Assembly (NCBI GenBank): GCA_963836755.1
Contig: CAWIKF010000002.1
Coordinates: 1,056,001 to 1,120,000, forward strand
Length of the DNA: 64,000 nt
Direction of reading: 5' to 3'
From: an uncultured Verrucomicrobiae bacterium
GTDB lineage: Bacteria > Verrucomicrobiota > Verrucomicrobiia > Chthoniobacterales > Chthoniobacteraceae
Part shown: piece by piece, positions 25,184-34,800 of the stretch
Numbering within the stretch: the first letter of the stretch is position 1
Layout of the letters: every line of letters starts with the position of its first letter
Notes under the pieces: generated by a model
The model's input: the letters and a program-made list of their open reading frames with translations, nothing else
Told to the model about the DNA's origin: nothing
Databases searched by the model: none
Position numbers and translations under genes: made by a program

Positions 25184-26454
25184 AGCCAGCGACGCAAATC
25201 TACGACGACCCGGCATTCGCAATGGCGTGCGAGCAATTCCGCGTCGTTGCAGATTATCTCGGGCTCGATGAAAGCATCCGCGCGCGCATGGTTTATCCGA
25301 AACGCGCGATGGCCGTGACGCTGCCGATCCGCCGCGATGATGGGCGCATCGAGGTCTTCGAAGGTTATCGCGTGCAGCATCATCTCGCGTTTGGCCCGAC
25401 CAAAGGCGGCACGCGTTTTCATCCCGCGGTTTCACTTGGCGAGGTCGCCGCGCTCGCGACATGGATGAGCTGGAAATGCGCACTGACCGGCCTGCCGTAT
25501 GGCGGCGCGAAAGGCGGCGTGACCGTCGATCCCGCGCGGCTTTCCAAGCGCGAAATCGAAGCGCTTTCGCGGCGTTACATGCAGGAAATGATTCCGTTCG
25601 TCGGGCCGCGCACCGACATCATGGGGCCCGACATGGGCACGAATGAAGAAGTGATGGGCTGGTTCATGGACACGTATTCGGTGCATCACGGTTGCGCTGT
25701 CCCGGAAATCGTAACGGGCAAACCGGTCGCGATCGGCGGCATCGTCGGCCGGCGCGAGGCGACCGGACGCGGCGTGGTTTATTTGATCGAGCGCGCGCTG
25801 AATGTTTTAAAAATGCAGCCGGACCGTTGCACAGCCGTTGTGCAAGGTTTTGGCAATGTCGGCGCTGTCGCCGCGCAAGGGTTGTCGTTTAAAGATGGGA
25901 TGAAAATCATCGGCCTCAGCGACGCGTTCGCCGCCTTTCACAATCCGCGCGGGATCGACGTCACGGCGGCGGAGCGGCACGTCGCGCAGCACGGAAATCT
26001 TTCGAACTTTGACGGCGGCGAGCGCATCAGTCCGGAGGAATTACTGACGTTGAAATGCGACGTGCTCGTGCCCGCGGCCGTCGAGGGCGTGATCACCGAG
26101 CATAACGCGGCGAAGCTCCAATGCCGCATCCTCGCGGAGGCCGCGAATGGCCCAACCACGCCGGCTGCCGACCAAATCCTGTTTCAACGCTGGCAGGAGA
26201 TTTTTGTGATTCCCGACATCCTTTGCAACGCCGGCGGCGTCATCGTTTCCTATTTCGAATGGGTGCAGGACGTGCAGCAGTTTTTTTGGAATGAAACCGA
26301 AAGCACCGACAAACTTTTCCGCATCCTCGAGCAGGCTTTCGTGACCGTGATCAAGCGCGCCCGCGATGCGAAAATCCCACACCGCATGTCCGCGATGTCG
26401 ATCGGCGTCGAGCGTGTGCTCGCGGCGAAAGCGAGCCGCGGTTTGTTTCCGTGA
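25180..26454 (+). CDS. gdhA: Glu/Leu/Phe/Val dehydrogenase (glutamate dehydrogenase)
   Basis: GYRVQH, GPTKGGTRF, PYGGAKGG, VTGKP, GRREATGRG, QGFGNVG, NAGGVIVSYFEW. Confidence 0.93.
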   Translation: MKPATQIYDDPAFAMACEQFRVVADYLGLDESIRARMVYPKRAMAVTLPIRRDDGRIEVFEGYRVQHHLAFGPTKGGTRFHPAVSLGEVAALATWMSWKCALTGLPYGGAKGGVTVDPARLSKREIEALSRRYMQEMIPFVGPRTDIMGPDMGTNEEVMGWFMDTYSVHHGCAVPEIVTGKPVAIGGIVGRREATGRGVVYLIERALNVLKMQPDRCTAVVQGFGNVGAVAAQGLSFKDGMKIIGLSDAFAAFHNPRGIDVTAAERHVAQHGNLSNFDGGERISPEELLTLKCDVLVPAAVEGVITEHNAAKLQCRILAEAANGPTTPAADQILFQRWQEIFVIPDILCNAGGVIVSYFEWVQDVQQFFWNETESTDKLFRILEQAFVTVIKRARDAKIPHRMSAMSIGVERVLAAKASRGLFP

Positions 26455-26499
26455 GTTTTTCCATTCGCGAAAACAATTGCCGGGTTTCAAAGTGACGCG

Positions 26500-27300
26500 A
26501 TGAACCTCGGATTTATCGGCTGCGGCAAAATGGCATCGGCGCTCGTCGAGGGTGTTTTGAGCGCAGGGATTTTTTCCGCAGAGCAGATCTTTGTCAGCGA
26601 TCGCTTTGAGCAAGCCGTTGCGGCGCTGGTGGAAAAGTGCGGCGTTCAGCCTTCCGCGAACAATGCGGAAGTCGCCGCGAAGGCTGATGCACTCTTGCTT
26701 TGCGTCAAACCAGGTGACGTTGCGGCGGCGCTGCAGGAAATGCGCGGCACGCGTGACAAGCTCGTCATTTCCATCGCCGCCGGCGTGACGTTGCAGACGC
26801 TGCAAAAGCACGCGGGCGAGGGGACGCGATGCGTGCGCGTGATGCCGAACACGCCGGCGCTCGTGCACAAGGGCGCGGCAGCTTACGCGCTCGGCGCAAG
26901 TGCGACCGAAGCGGACGCGGCGCTGACGGAGCGAATATTTTCCTCGGTCGGTTTTGTTGCGCGCGTTGAAGAAAAGTTGCTCGATGCAGTGACTGGTCTG
27001 AGCGGCAGCGGGCCAGCTTACATTTATGTCGTTATCGAAGCGCTGGCGAAGGCGGGAGCCGAACAAGGTTTGCCGCAGGAACTGGCGCTGAAGCTGGCTG
27101 CGCAGACCGTAAACGGCGCGGCGTCGATGGTGTTACAAACGAGCATCTCTCCCGACGAGCTCAAGCGAGCGGTGATGAGCCCCGGCGGGACAACGGTCGC
27201 AGGATTGGAAGCCCTGGAAACATCGGGCGTCCGCGCAGCTTTCTCGAATGCGGTGCGCGTGGCGACGGAACGCTCGCGCGAACTTGGCGCAGAGAAATGA
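26500..27300 (+). CDS. proC: Pyrroline-5-carboxylate reductase
   Basis: GFIGCGKMA, ISIAAGV, RVMPNTP, TGLSGSGPAY, SPGGTT. Confidence 0.97.
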   Translation: MNLGFIGCGKMASALVEGVLSAGIFSAEQIFVSDRFEQAVAALVEKCGVQPSANNAEVAAKADALLLCVKPGDVAAALQEMRGTRDKLVISIAAGVTLQTLQKHAGEGTRCVRVMPNTPALVHKGAAAYALGASATEADAALTERIFSSVGFVARVEEKLLDAVTGLSGSGPAYIYVVIEALAKAGAEQGLPQELALKLAAQTVNGAASMVLQTSISPDELKRAVMSPGGTTVAGLEALETSGVRAAFSNAVRVATERSRELGAEK

Positions 27301-27998
27301 TCGGGCCAATGAAATTGCGCGCCGTTGTTTGTTGGCTGTCGCTTTTCGCCGCCGCACATGCGGCACCGCCGGACTCGCCGGCCGCGCTGCCGCAAAAAGT
27401 TCCGGACACGCCGGAGAGTGCGAAACTTTCCACGGAGGCAAAGTCTGCCGCCGAAGCGGGGCTCGTTGCGTTCGCGAAAGGCGATCTCGAAGTGGCTCGA
27501 ACAAAGTTTCAAAAACTCGTGCAACTTTCGCCGGGAAATTTGACGGGATTGGTCAATCTCGGATCGGTGGAATATCGGCTGAAGCACATGGAGGCCGCGG
27601 AAAAGTTGCTCGCGCGCGCGGTGCGCATCGATCCCGACGCGGGCCTCGCGTGGCTCACGCTCGGCGTGATTTATAATGATGAAAACAAGCTCGACGAAGC
27701 GCTCGCGGCGCTGAGTCGCGCGGTGCTGCTCGATCCGAAAAATGCGCGCGCGCACAATGCGCTTGCGGACACTTTGTGGCGCAAGGGCTGGACTGGCGGC
27801 ACGGAGGATGAGCTGCAAAAAACCGTGGAGCTCGATCCCGATTTCGCCGACGCGCACTACAATCTGGCGCTCGCGTATTTGCGCCGCACGCCGCCGGCGA
27901 TTGAACTCGCGCGGCGGCATTATGAAAGGGCGCGCGAGCTCGGCGCGGCGCGGGACGCGGCGGTCGAAAAACAACTTTCGGACGCGCCGGCTCCGTGA
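27297..27998 (+). CDS. Exported tetratricopeptide repeat protein
   Basis: Signal peptide ending AAHA; about 5 TPR-like helical repeats (LVNLG, AWLTLG, AHNALA, AHYNLA). Confidence 0.85.
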   Translation: MIGPMKLRAVVCWLSLFAAAHAAPPDSPAALPQKVPDTPESAKLSTEAKSAAEAGLVAFAKGDLEVARTKFQKLVQLSPGNLTGLVNLGSVEYRLKHMEAAEKLLARAVRIDPDAGLAWLTLGVIYNDENKLDEALAALSRAVLLDPKNARAHNALADTLWRKGWTGGTEDELQKTVELDPDFADAHYNLALAYLRRTPPAIELARRHYERARELGAARDAAVEKQLSDAPAP

Positions 27999-28053
27999 GT
28001 TTTTCCGCCGCGGAGCTTGCGCAATGCGGATCTTCTTTTTACTTACGCAGCAG

Positions 28054-28950
28054 ATGATGCGCCGATTTTTTACTTTCGCCGCTTGTGCCATCGTGCTCGC
28101 GCTCAGTTGCGACGCCTCAGGTGCAACGAAAAAAAAGACGTCGGCGAAAAAGTCCGCTTCGCAAAGCAGCGATCAAGTGGAAGCGCCGAAGCTGGCCGGC
28201 GGCGTCCCGCTTGTGCGAGCCGCGTCAGTCGTCGTGCTCGATGCGCGCACCGGTGAAATCATTTATGAAAAAAACGCGGACCAGCATCGGCCGCCCGCGA
28301 GCACGCAAAAGCTGCTGACGTCATTGATCGTGGTGGAAGCGGGGAATCTCGACAAGCCGGTGACGGCGGCGGTCGAGGACACTTTCGCCGAACCGGTCAA
28401 ACTGAACCTCCAGCCGGGCGACACGTATCGGCGGATCGATTTGCTGCAAGTGCTGCTCGTGCACAGCATGAATGACGTGGCGCGCTGTCTCGCGCGGGAC
28501 AATGCCGGCAGCGTGGACGCTTTCGCCGACAAGATGAATCGCAAAGCGACGGAACTTGGGATGAGCGAATCGCATTTCGTCAATCCAAACGGACTGCCCG
28601 CGCCAGGCCAGTATTCGACGGCGCGCGACATGTCGCGGGTCGCGTTCGCGGCTTATCAAAACCGGACGATCCGCTCGATCGTATGTCTGCACGAGCTCGT
28701 TTTCCATTACGCCGACGGCCGCGTGCGGACTTTTGAAAACACGAACAAAGTTTTACGCGCGTTTCCATTGTGCAACGGAATGAAAACGGGTTACACGGAA
28801 GCTGCGGGGCATTGTCTTATTTCGAGCGCGAGCAATGGCAGCCACGAAATCATCTCGGTCGTGCTCGGCGACGGTGCCTCGGTTTGGAAAGATTCCTACG
28901 CGCTGCTGCTCTGGGGGCTGGGCAGCGACCGGCTCGGCGCGCGCGAGTAA
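28054..28950 (+). CDS. D-alanyl-D-alanine carboxypeptidase (peptidase S11)
   Basis: Signal peptide; SxxK (ASTQK), SxN (SMN), FVNPNGL, STARD, KTGYT; start approximate. Confidence 0.92.
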   Translation: MMRRFFTFAACAIVLALSCDASGATKKKTSAKKSASQSSDQVEAPKLAGGVPLVRAASVVVLDARTGEIIYEKNADQHRPPASTQKLLTSLIVVEAGNLDKPVTAAVEDTFAEPVKLNLQPGDTYRRIDLLQVLLVHSMNDVARCLARDNAGSVDAFADKMNRKATELGMSESHFVNPNGLPAPGQYSTARDMSRVAFAAYQNRTIRSIVCLHELVFHYADGRVRTFENTNKVLRAFPLCNGMKTGYTEAAGHCLISSASNGSHEIISVVLGDGASVWKDSYALLLWGLGSDRLGARE

Positions 28951-30152
28951 TGCCGCGCAGCATCGAGGCGCAGCTGGCAGACCTGCGGACGCGCTCGCTG
29001 CTCCGTCGTCTGCGGGGAATCGATTCGCCTCAGCAGCCGCTGATCGGAACGGAGGGAAAAACAGTCGTTAACTTTTCGTCAAACGATTATCTCGGGCTCG
29101 CAAACGAGCCTTTTTTGCGAGAGGCAGCAAAGCGCGCGATCGACGAATTCGGCGTCGGCGCGGGCGCGTCGCGTTTGGTTTGCGGCAACATGGAGCCGCA
29201 CATGCGCCTCGAGCGGACGCTCGCGGTCTTCAAGCAGACCGAGGCGGCGCTGAGTTTTTCCAGCGGTTACGCAGCCGCGGTCGGCACGATCGGCGCACTT
29301 TGTTCACGGGAGGATGTCGTCATTCTCGACAAGCTCGCGCACGCGTCGCTCATCGACGGCGCACGGCTCAGCGGCGCGCTGCTCCGCATTTTTCCGCACA
29401 ATCACATCGGGAAATTGGAAAGCCATTTGCGATGGGCGCAGGAAAATGTGCCGGACGCGCGCGTGCTCGTCGTGACGGAATCGGTCTTCAGCATGGATGG
29501 CGATCGCGCGCCGCTGCTGGAGATCGTGGAAATCAAGGAGCGCTACGGCGCGATGCTGCTGCTCGATGAGGCGCACGCGATCGGCGTGATCGGCGAGAAC
29601 GGGCGCGGGCTCGCAGCGAAGCGCGGACTGACCGAGCGCGTGGACATCCAGTTGGGCACGCTCAGCAAAGCAGTGGGGACGAGCGGCGGTTATGTTTGCG
29701 GACGCAAGACTTTGATCGAGTTGTTGTTCAATCGCGCGCGAAGTTTCATTTACTCGACCGCGCCATGGCCGGCGGCAGCAGCGACGGCAACGGCAAGCCT
29801 CGAATTTCTGATGTCCGCTGAAGGCGAGTCACGACGGCAGGAGCTTTGGAAAAACGTGCGGCGTTTCTTCGCCGAAATGCCGCCGTCTTTCAGCGCGCCA
29901 TCGCAGCCATCGAGCGCGATTATTCCGCTCATTCTCGGCAGCGAGGAGATCGCGATGGCGGCGTCGCAGTGGCTTTTGGAAAAAGGTTTTCTCGTGCCGG
30001 CGATTCGTTATCCGACTGTCGCGAAAGGCGCGGCGCGGCTCCGCATCACGCTTTGCGCGAGCCACACTGCGGAGCAGATCGGCGGCCTTTGCGCGACGTT
30101 GCACAAACTGCCGGCGAGCGAACAAATCGACACGCGCGCTTGGAAGGACTAA
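28950..30152 (+). CDS. bioF: 8-amino-7-oxononanoate synthase
   Basis: ATG overlaps the upstream TAA; NFSSNDYLGL, GAGASRL, HASLIDG, ESVFSMDGD, DEAHA, GTLSKA, AIRYPTV. Confidence 0.95.
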   Translation: MPRSIEAQLADLRTRSLLRRLRGIDSPQQPLIGTEGKTVVNFSSNDYLGLANEPFLREAAKRAIDEFGVGAGASRLVCGNMEPHMRLERTLAVFKQTEAALSFSSGYAAAVGTIGALCSREDVVILDKLAHASLIDGARLSGALLRIFPHNHIGKLESHLRWAQENVPDARVLVVTESVFSMDGDRAPLLEIVEIKERYGAMLLLDEAHAIGVIGENGRGLAAKRGLTERVDIQLGTLSKAVGTSGGYVCGRKTLIELLFNRARSFIYSTAPWPAAAATATASLEFLMSAEGESRRQELWKNVRRFFAEMPPSFSAPSQPSSAIIPLILGSEEIAMAASQWLLEKGFLVPAIRYPTVAKGAARLRITLCASHTAEQIGGLCATLHKLPASEQIDTRAWKD

Positions 30153-30161
30153 ATCCAAACC

Positions 30162-31271
30162 ATGACCAAAAAACTCCCTCAGCTCGTTTTGGAACAGTTA
30201 AAGGACGCGCGGCCGCGGCTTGCGCAATCACCGGCGCTCGTCGGCCTCGACGGATTTGTCGACACGATTTTACATGTGGTCGACAAACGTGCATCCGCCG
30301 CGAAATACACGCGCGTCACCGAGATGGAGGAGTTCGCGCGCCGCATTCATTCTGCCGCGGGCCTGAGCGCGAATTTTGAGCTGGTCTCGCAAATGGTAAA
30401 GCTCGGCGGCAACGGCCCGATCATGGCAAACGCACTCGGCAGCTACGGCGCGCCCGTGACATATGTCGGCAACCTCGGCGCGCCGAACGTGCATCCGGTT
30501 TTCGCCAGTTTCGCGAAAAGCGCGCGCGTCATTTCGCTCGCAGAGCCGAGCTACACGGACGCGATCGAGTTCGACAACGGCAAATTGATGTGCGGCAAAA
30601 CCGACAATCTCAAGTTGGTCAACTGGCAGACGATCCTTAAACACCTGCCGGAGGAAAAGTTGTTCGCCGTGATCAAAGATTCCGCGCTGGTCGCGCTGGT
30701 GAACTGGACGATGCTCCCGTTCATGAGCGCGATTTTGCAGAAGCTGCTCACGCGCATCGCGCCGCGGCTGAAGGGCGAAAAGCGCTGGCTCTTTTTTGAC
30801 CTTGCCGATCCTGCCAAGCGGACGCGCGAGGATATTGCGGCGGTGTTGAAGTTGATCGCGAAATTCCAAAAATATTTTCGCGTCGTGCTCGGCCTCAATT
30901 TGCAGGAAAGCCGGCAGATTGGGGATGTGCTCGGCATCCGGCTCGTCGACGATTCATTCTCGAGCGTCACCGAACATGCCGCGCTTATTCGCGAGAAAAT
31001 GAAGATCGAAACCGTAGTCGTGCATCCGACGAGCTTTGCGGCGGCAGCGGATCAAAGTGGCGCGACGCATGTGGTCGGGCCCTACACGGCGAAACCGAAA
31101 ATCACGACGGGCGCCGGCGATCATTTCAACGCTGGCTTTTGCATTGGCCGGCTGCTCGGGTGCGATCTCGCAGCGAGTTTGCAGATCGGCGTAGCGACCT
31201 CGGGCTTTTACGTGCGCGAGGCGAAAAGTCCGCGACTCGACGATCTCAAAAAATTTCTGAAAACCTTGTAA
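30162..31271 (+). CDS. Ribokinase/PfkB-superfamily carbohydrate kinase of unknown substrate
   Basis: GLDGFVD, KLGGNGPIMANAL, C-terminal TTGAGDHFNAGF motif. Confidence 0.8.
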   Translation: MTKKLPQLVLEQLKDARPRLAQSPALVGLDGFVDTILHVVDKRASAAKYTRVTEMEEFARRIHSAAGLSANFELVSQMVKLGGNGPIMANALGSYGAPVTYVGNLGAPNVHPVFASFAKSARVISLAEPSYTDAIEFDNGKLMCGKTDNLKLVNWQTILKHLPEEKLFAVIKDSALVALVNWTMLPFMSAILQKLLTRIAPRLKGEKRWLFFDLADPAKRTREDIAAVLKLIAKFQKYFRVVLGLNLQESRQIGDVLGIRLVDDSFSSVTEHAALIREKMKIETVVVHPTSFAAAADQSGATHVVGPYTAKPKITTGAGDHFNAGFCIGRLLGCDLAASLQIGVATSGFYVREAKSPRLDDLKKFLKTL

Positions 31272-31274
31272 AAT

Positions 31275-31309
31275 AAAAAAGGCGGCCGTTCGTGGCCGCC
31301 TTTCTTTTT
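31275..31309. terminator. Bidirectional rho-independent terminator
   Basis: aaaaaa-ggcggcc-gttcgt-ggccgcc-tttcttttt between convergent genes. Confidence 0.85.
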
Positions 31310-31326
31310 AAGGGTTGCTTTGAGAT

Positions 31327-31812
31327 TTATTGGGAGTCGGCGCTGGCCTTCTTTTTCTTGGTCTTGCCGGCGCCGGCGGTTTTCGCGCCGACTTTCAGCA
31401 TTTTGACTTCGAGAGTTCCGTCGCTCGATTTCGTGTAGGAGCCGCGAACGGATTCGCCGACTTTCAAGTCATCCCACGTGGCCGTGGCGTCGGTATCGCC
31501 CTTCGAAAGCGTCGTGCTGTCGCCGATCACAAAGGTGCGGCTTTCGCCTTTTTTCGAGGTGAGGGTGATTGTCTTTTTGTCTTTGTCGGCGCTCGCGATT
31601 TTGCCTTTGAACGGCAATGACATCGCCTTTGTTTCCTTGCTGGCCGATGTTGCCGCAGCGGGCGTCGCCGCCTCGACCGGTTTGTCGGGGCCGTTGTCCG
31701 GTCGTGCGGGCGCGGGCGTGCTGTCAGCCGCGTTCAGCGAAGTCGCAAATGCGGCGGCGGCGAGCGCGGTGATGGTGAAAAGATGCAGTTTATTTTTCAT
31801 ATGGATTTTCAT
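31327..31812 (-). CDS. Secreted Lys-rich small beta-barrel (DUF5666/OB-fold-like) protein
   Basis: Signal peptide ending SLNA, Pro/Ala linker, FKGKIASAD...ITL...DLKVGESVRGSY. Confidence 0.75.
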   Translation of the reverse strand: MKIHMKNKLHLFTITALAAAAFATSLNAADSTPAPARPDNGPDKPVEAATPAAATSASKETKAMSLPFKGKIASADKDKKTITLTSKKGESRTFVIGDSTTLSKGDTDATATWDDLKVGESVRGSYTKSSDGTLEVKMLKVGAKTAGAGKTKKKKASADSQ

Positions 31813-31901
31813 GTGTTAGCTGAGACGCAAACATTCCTAACTTAATCAAAGTTCTTTGCGAGAAAAGTCGGTGAAACAAAATTTCTCATCCTGACAACGC
31901 A

Positions 31902-32591
31902 CTAAAAATCGAGCAGCCACGTGAGGAGGCCGTGCGTCGGCTGGACGCGCGCGGCGGGATAAGTCGCTCCGCCCGCCAGGATTTCGTCGACGACGCCGGA
32001 TTTCTCGCGGCCTTTTACGAGAAAACAGACATGGCGCGCGGCGTTGATCAGCGGATAGGTGAAAGTGATGCGGTCCGCGGAAAATTTCGGAACAAAGTTC
32101 GCGACGACATTTTTTTCCGTTTCGGAAAGTGCGGCGGTGTCGGGAAAAAGCGATGCGGTGTGGCCGTCGGGGCCGAGGCCGAGCAGCAACAAATCGTGCA
32201 CGTAACGCGGCTCGGCATTTTTTGCGGCAGCGGCGGCGAGGTCTTTTTCGTAATCCTCGGCGGCGGCGTCGGGAGCGAGTTCGCCGCGAATCCGCAGCAC
32301 ATTTTCACGCGGGATTTTGACTGCATCGAGCAGTGATTCCTTCGCCATTTTATAATTGCTCTGCGCATCGTCCGGCGGAACGCAGCGTTCGTCGCCAAAC
32401 GTGCAGACGACGCGATCCCACGGCAAATCGATGCGCGCGAGCTGCGCGTAAATTTCTCGCGGGGTGTTGCCGCCGGAAAGCGCGATGCGAAAAACCTCAC
32501 GCTGCGCGACAGCTCCTCGCGCGCTCTCGACGATGAGGCGCAGCGCATCGTCGATGAATGCACTGCTGTGAATGACGCGTGGTTTTTCCAT
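31902..32591 (-). CDS. pgl: 6-phosphogluconolactonase
   Basis: IALSGGNTP, FGDERCVPPDDAQSN, LGLGPDGHTASLFP, RITFT; ATG at 32591. Confidence 0.96.
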   Translation of the reverse strand: MEKPRVIHSSAFIDDALRLIVESARGAVAQREVFRIALSGGNTPREIYAQLARIDLPWDRVVCTFGDERCVPPDDAQSNYKMAKESLLDAVKIPRENVLRIRGELAPDAAAEDYEKDLAAAAAKNAEPRYVHDLLLLGLGPDGHTASLFPDTAALSETEKNVVANFVPKFSADRITFTYPLINAARHVCFLVKGREKSGVVDEILAGGATYPAARVQPTHGLLTWLLDF

Positions 32592-32593
32592 GG

Positions 32594-33331
32594 CTACATC
32601 ACCATTCCTCCGTCGACGGTCAGGCACTGGCCGGTGATATATTTCGCCTCGGCGCTCGCGAGGAATGCGACCGCTGCCGCGATGTCCTCGGGATCGCCGA
32701 ATTTGCCGAGCGGGATGCCGCCGAGGACCGCGGACTTTATTTGCTCCGGTAAAACATCCGTCATGTCCGTGGCGATGAACCCGGGCGCGACGACATTGAC
32801 CGTGATGTTCCGACTCGCGAGTTCGCGCGCGAGCGATTTTGAGAGCCCGAGCAGCCCGGCTTTGCTTGCCGCGTAATTCGCCTGGCCCGCGTTGCCGGTG
32901 AGTCCGCTGACGGACGAAATATTGACGATTCTGCCGGCGCGCGCCTTCACCATCGGGCGCATGACGCCTTGCATGAAATTGAATGCGCCTTTCAAATTTG
33001 CGTCGAGCACCGTGTCCCAATCCTCCTCGCTCATCCGCATCGCGAGGCCGTCGCGCGTGAGGCCGGCGTTGTTCACCAAAACATCGACGCGCCCGAAGTC
33101 GGCGAGGATTTGCTGGCACGTCGCGGCGACGGCTTTCGTGTCGGCGACATCGACTGCGTAACCTTTTGCGCCATCGGCCGGCAAGGCTGATACAGCTTGA
33201 GCGGAGCTCGCATCGGAGCGGCTGATGGCGGCGATTTTCGCACCTTCGCTGGCGAGACGTTTGGCAATGGCGAGACCGATCCCGCGGCTGGCGCCGGTGA
33301 CGATGGCGACTTGGTTTTCAAAGCGTTTCAT
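32594..33331 (-). CDS. fabG: 3-oxoacyl-ACP reductase
   Basis: VTGASRGIG, LVNNAGLTRDGL, GNAGQANYAASK, VAPGFIATDMT; ATG at 33331. Confidence 0.95.
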   Translation of the reverse strand: MKRFENQVAIVTGASRGIGLAIAKRLASEGAKIAAISRSDASSAQAVSALPADGAKGYAVDVADTKAVAATCQQILADFGRVDVLVNNAGLTRDGLAMRMSEEDWDTVLDANLKGAFNFMQGVMRPMVKARAGRIVNISSVSGLTGNAGQANYAASKAGLLGLSKSLARELASRNITVNVVAPGFIATDMTDVLPEQIKSAVLGGIPLGKFGDPEDIAAAVAFLASAEAKYITGQCLTVDGGMVM

Positions 33332-33507
33332 GGGGTTTTGATTTTGCGCCTCGCGCGTTCCGCGCGTCGAGACGTTTGCACTTTTCTCCGGAGAATTCTT
33401 CGCGATCAAAGTCCGCGAGAGCTCCTGCGACCGGCAGCGCAGCAATCTTTTTTGAGGCTGACAAATGCGAGACGGCGCGACAAAGTCGTCAGCGGTTCTC
33501 CTCCCTT

Positions 33508-34800
33508 ATGATGGCAAACACTGTTCCTACCGCCGCCAGTCAAACTCTCGCGATCATCATGGGCGGCGGCGCCGGGACGCGGCTTTTTCCTTTGACGAAA
33601 GACCGCTCGAAACCGGCGGTGCCGCTCGGCGGCAAATACCGCATCGTCGACATCCCGATTTCGAATTGCATCAACTCGGGACTGCGGCACATGTATGTTT
33701 TAACGCAGTTTAACAGCACGTCGCTCATCCGTCATATCGCCGCGAGCTACAAGTTCGACCATTTCTCGCGCAGCTTCGTGGAAATTCTTGCCGCGCAGCA
33801 GACGCCGAGCGGCTCGGAATGGTATCAGGGCACGGCCGACGCGGTGCGCAAGAACATGGAGGATTTTCTGCAGCGGCCTTACGAATATTACATCATTCTC
33901 AGCGGCGATCAGCTTTACCGGATGGATTACCGGCTCGTGCTCGCGCAGCACATCGAGAAAAAAAGCGACATCACCATCGCGACGATTCCCGTGGATCGGC
34001 GTGCGGCGATGGACTTTGGAATCATGCACACCGATGCGGATCGGAAGATCATTCAGTTTGAAGAAAAACCGAAAGATCCGGCGCTGCTCGATGAGCTGAA
34101 AATTCCTCGAGAGCTGCTCCAGGACCTCGGCAAAGGCAAGGACGAGGAATTGTATCAAGCCTCGATGGGCATCTACATTTTCAACCGCGACGCGCTCATC
34201 GATGCGCTCGATAATCACTACGATGATTTCGGCAAACACATCCTGCCGACCTCGATCAAAACGAAGGCGGTGCACGCCTATATTTTCCAGGGCTACTGGG
34301 AAGACATCGGCACGATTCGCGCGTTTTTTGACGCGAATCTCAATCTGACGAACCCGATGCCGCAGTATTCTTTTTTCGACACGGTCGCGCCTGTTTACAC
34401 GCATGCGCGATTCTTGCCCGCGAGCAAAGTCAACGGCGCGACGATCAAGCAGGCGATCATTTCCGACGGCTGCATCATTTCCGACGCGCATCTCGAGCGC
34501 TGCGTGGTCGGCGTCCGCAGCTACATCGGCAGCGGCACAAAGATCCGGCAATCGATCGTGATGGGCGCCGATTTCTACGACGCGTCGAAGGAAAAACAAA
34601 GCGGTCTGCCGGACATCGGCATCGGTCGCAATTGCGTGATCGATCACGCAATCATCGACAAAAATGCACGCATCGGAAATGGCGTCGTCATCACGCCCGA
34701 AGGGAAGCCGGAAAAATTCGACGGTGAGAATTTTTACATCCGCGATGGGATCGTGATCGTGCCGAAAAATGCAAGCATCCCCGACGGCACCTCGATTTAG
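33508..34800 (+). CDS. glgC: Glucose-1-phosphate adenylyltransferase
   Basis: GGGAGTRLFPLT, KPAVPLGGKYR, WYQGTADAVR, ASMGIY, DFGK, YWEDIGT. Confidence 0.98.
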   Translation: MMANTVPTAASQTLAIIMGGGAGTRLFPLTKDRSKPAVPLGGKYRIVDIPISNCINSGLRHMYVLTQFNSTSLIRHIAASYKFDHFSRSFVEILAAQQTPSGSEWYQGTADAVRKNMEDFLQRPYEYYIILSGDQLYRMDYRLVLAQHIEKKSDITIATIPVDRRAAMDFGIMHTDADRKIIQFEEKPKDPALLDELKIPRELLQDLGKGKDEELYQASMGIYIFNRDALIDALDNHYDDFGKHILPTSIKTKAVHAYIFQGYWEDIGTIRAFFDANLNLTNPMPQYSFFDTVAPVYTHARFLPASKVNGATIKQAIISDGCIISDAHLERCVVGVRSYIGSGTKIRQSIVMGADFYDASKEKQSGLPDIGIGRNCVIDHAIIDKNARIGNGVVITPEGKPEKFDGENFYIRDGIVIVPKNASIPDGTSI

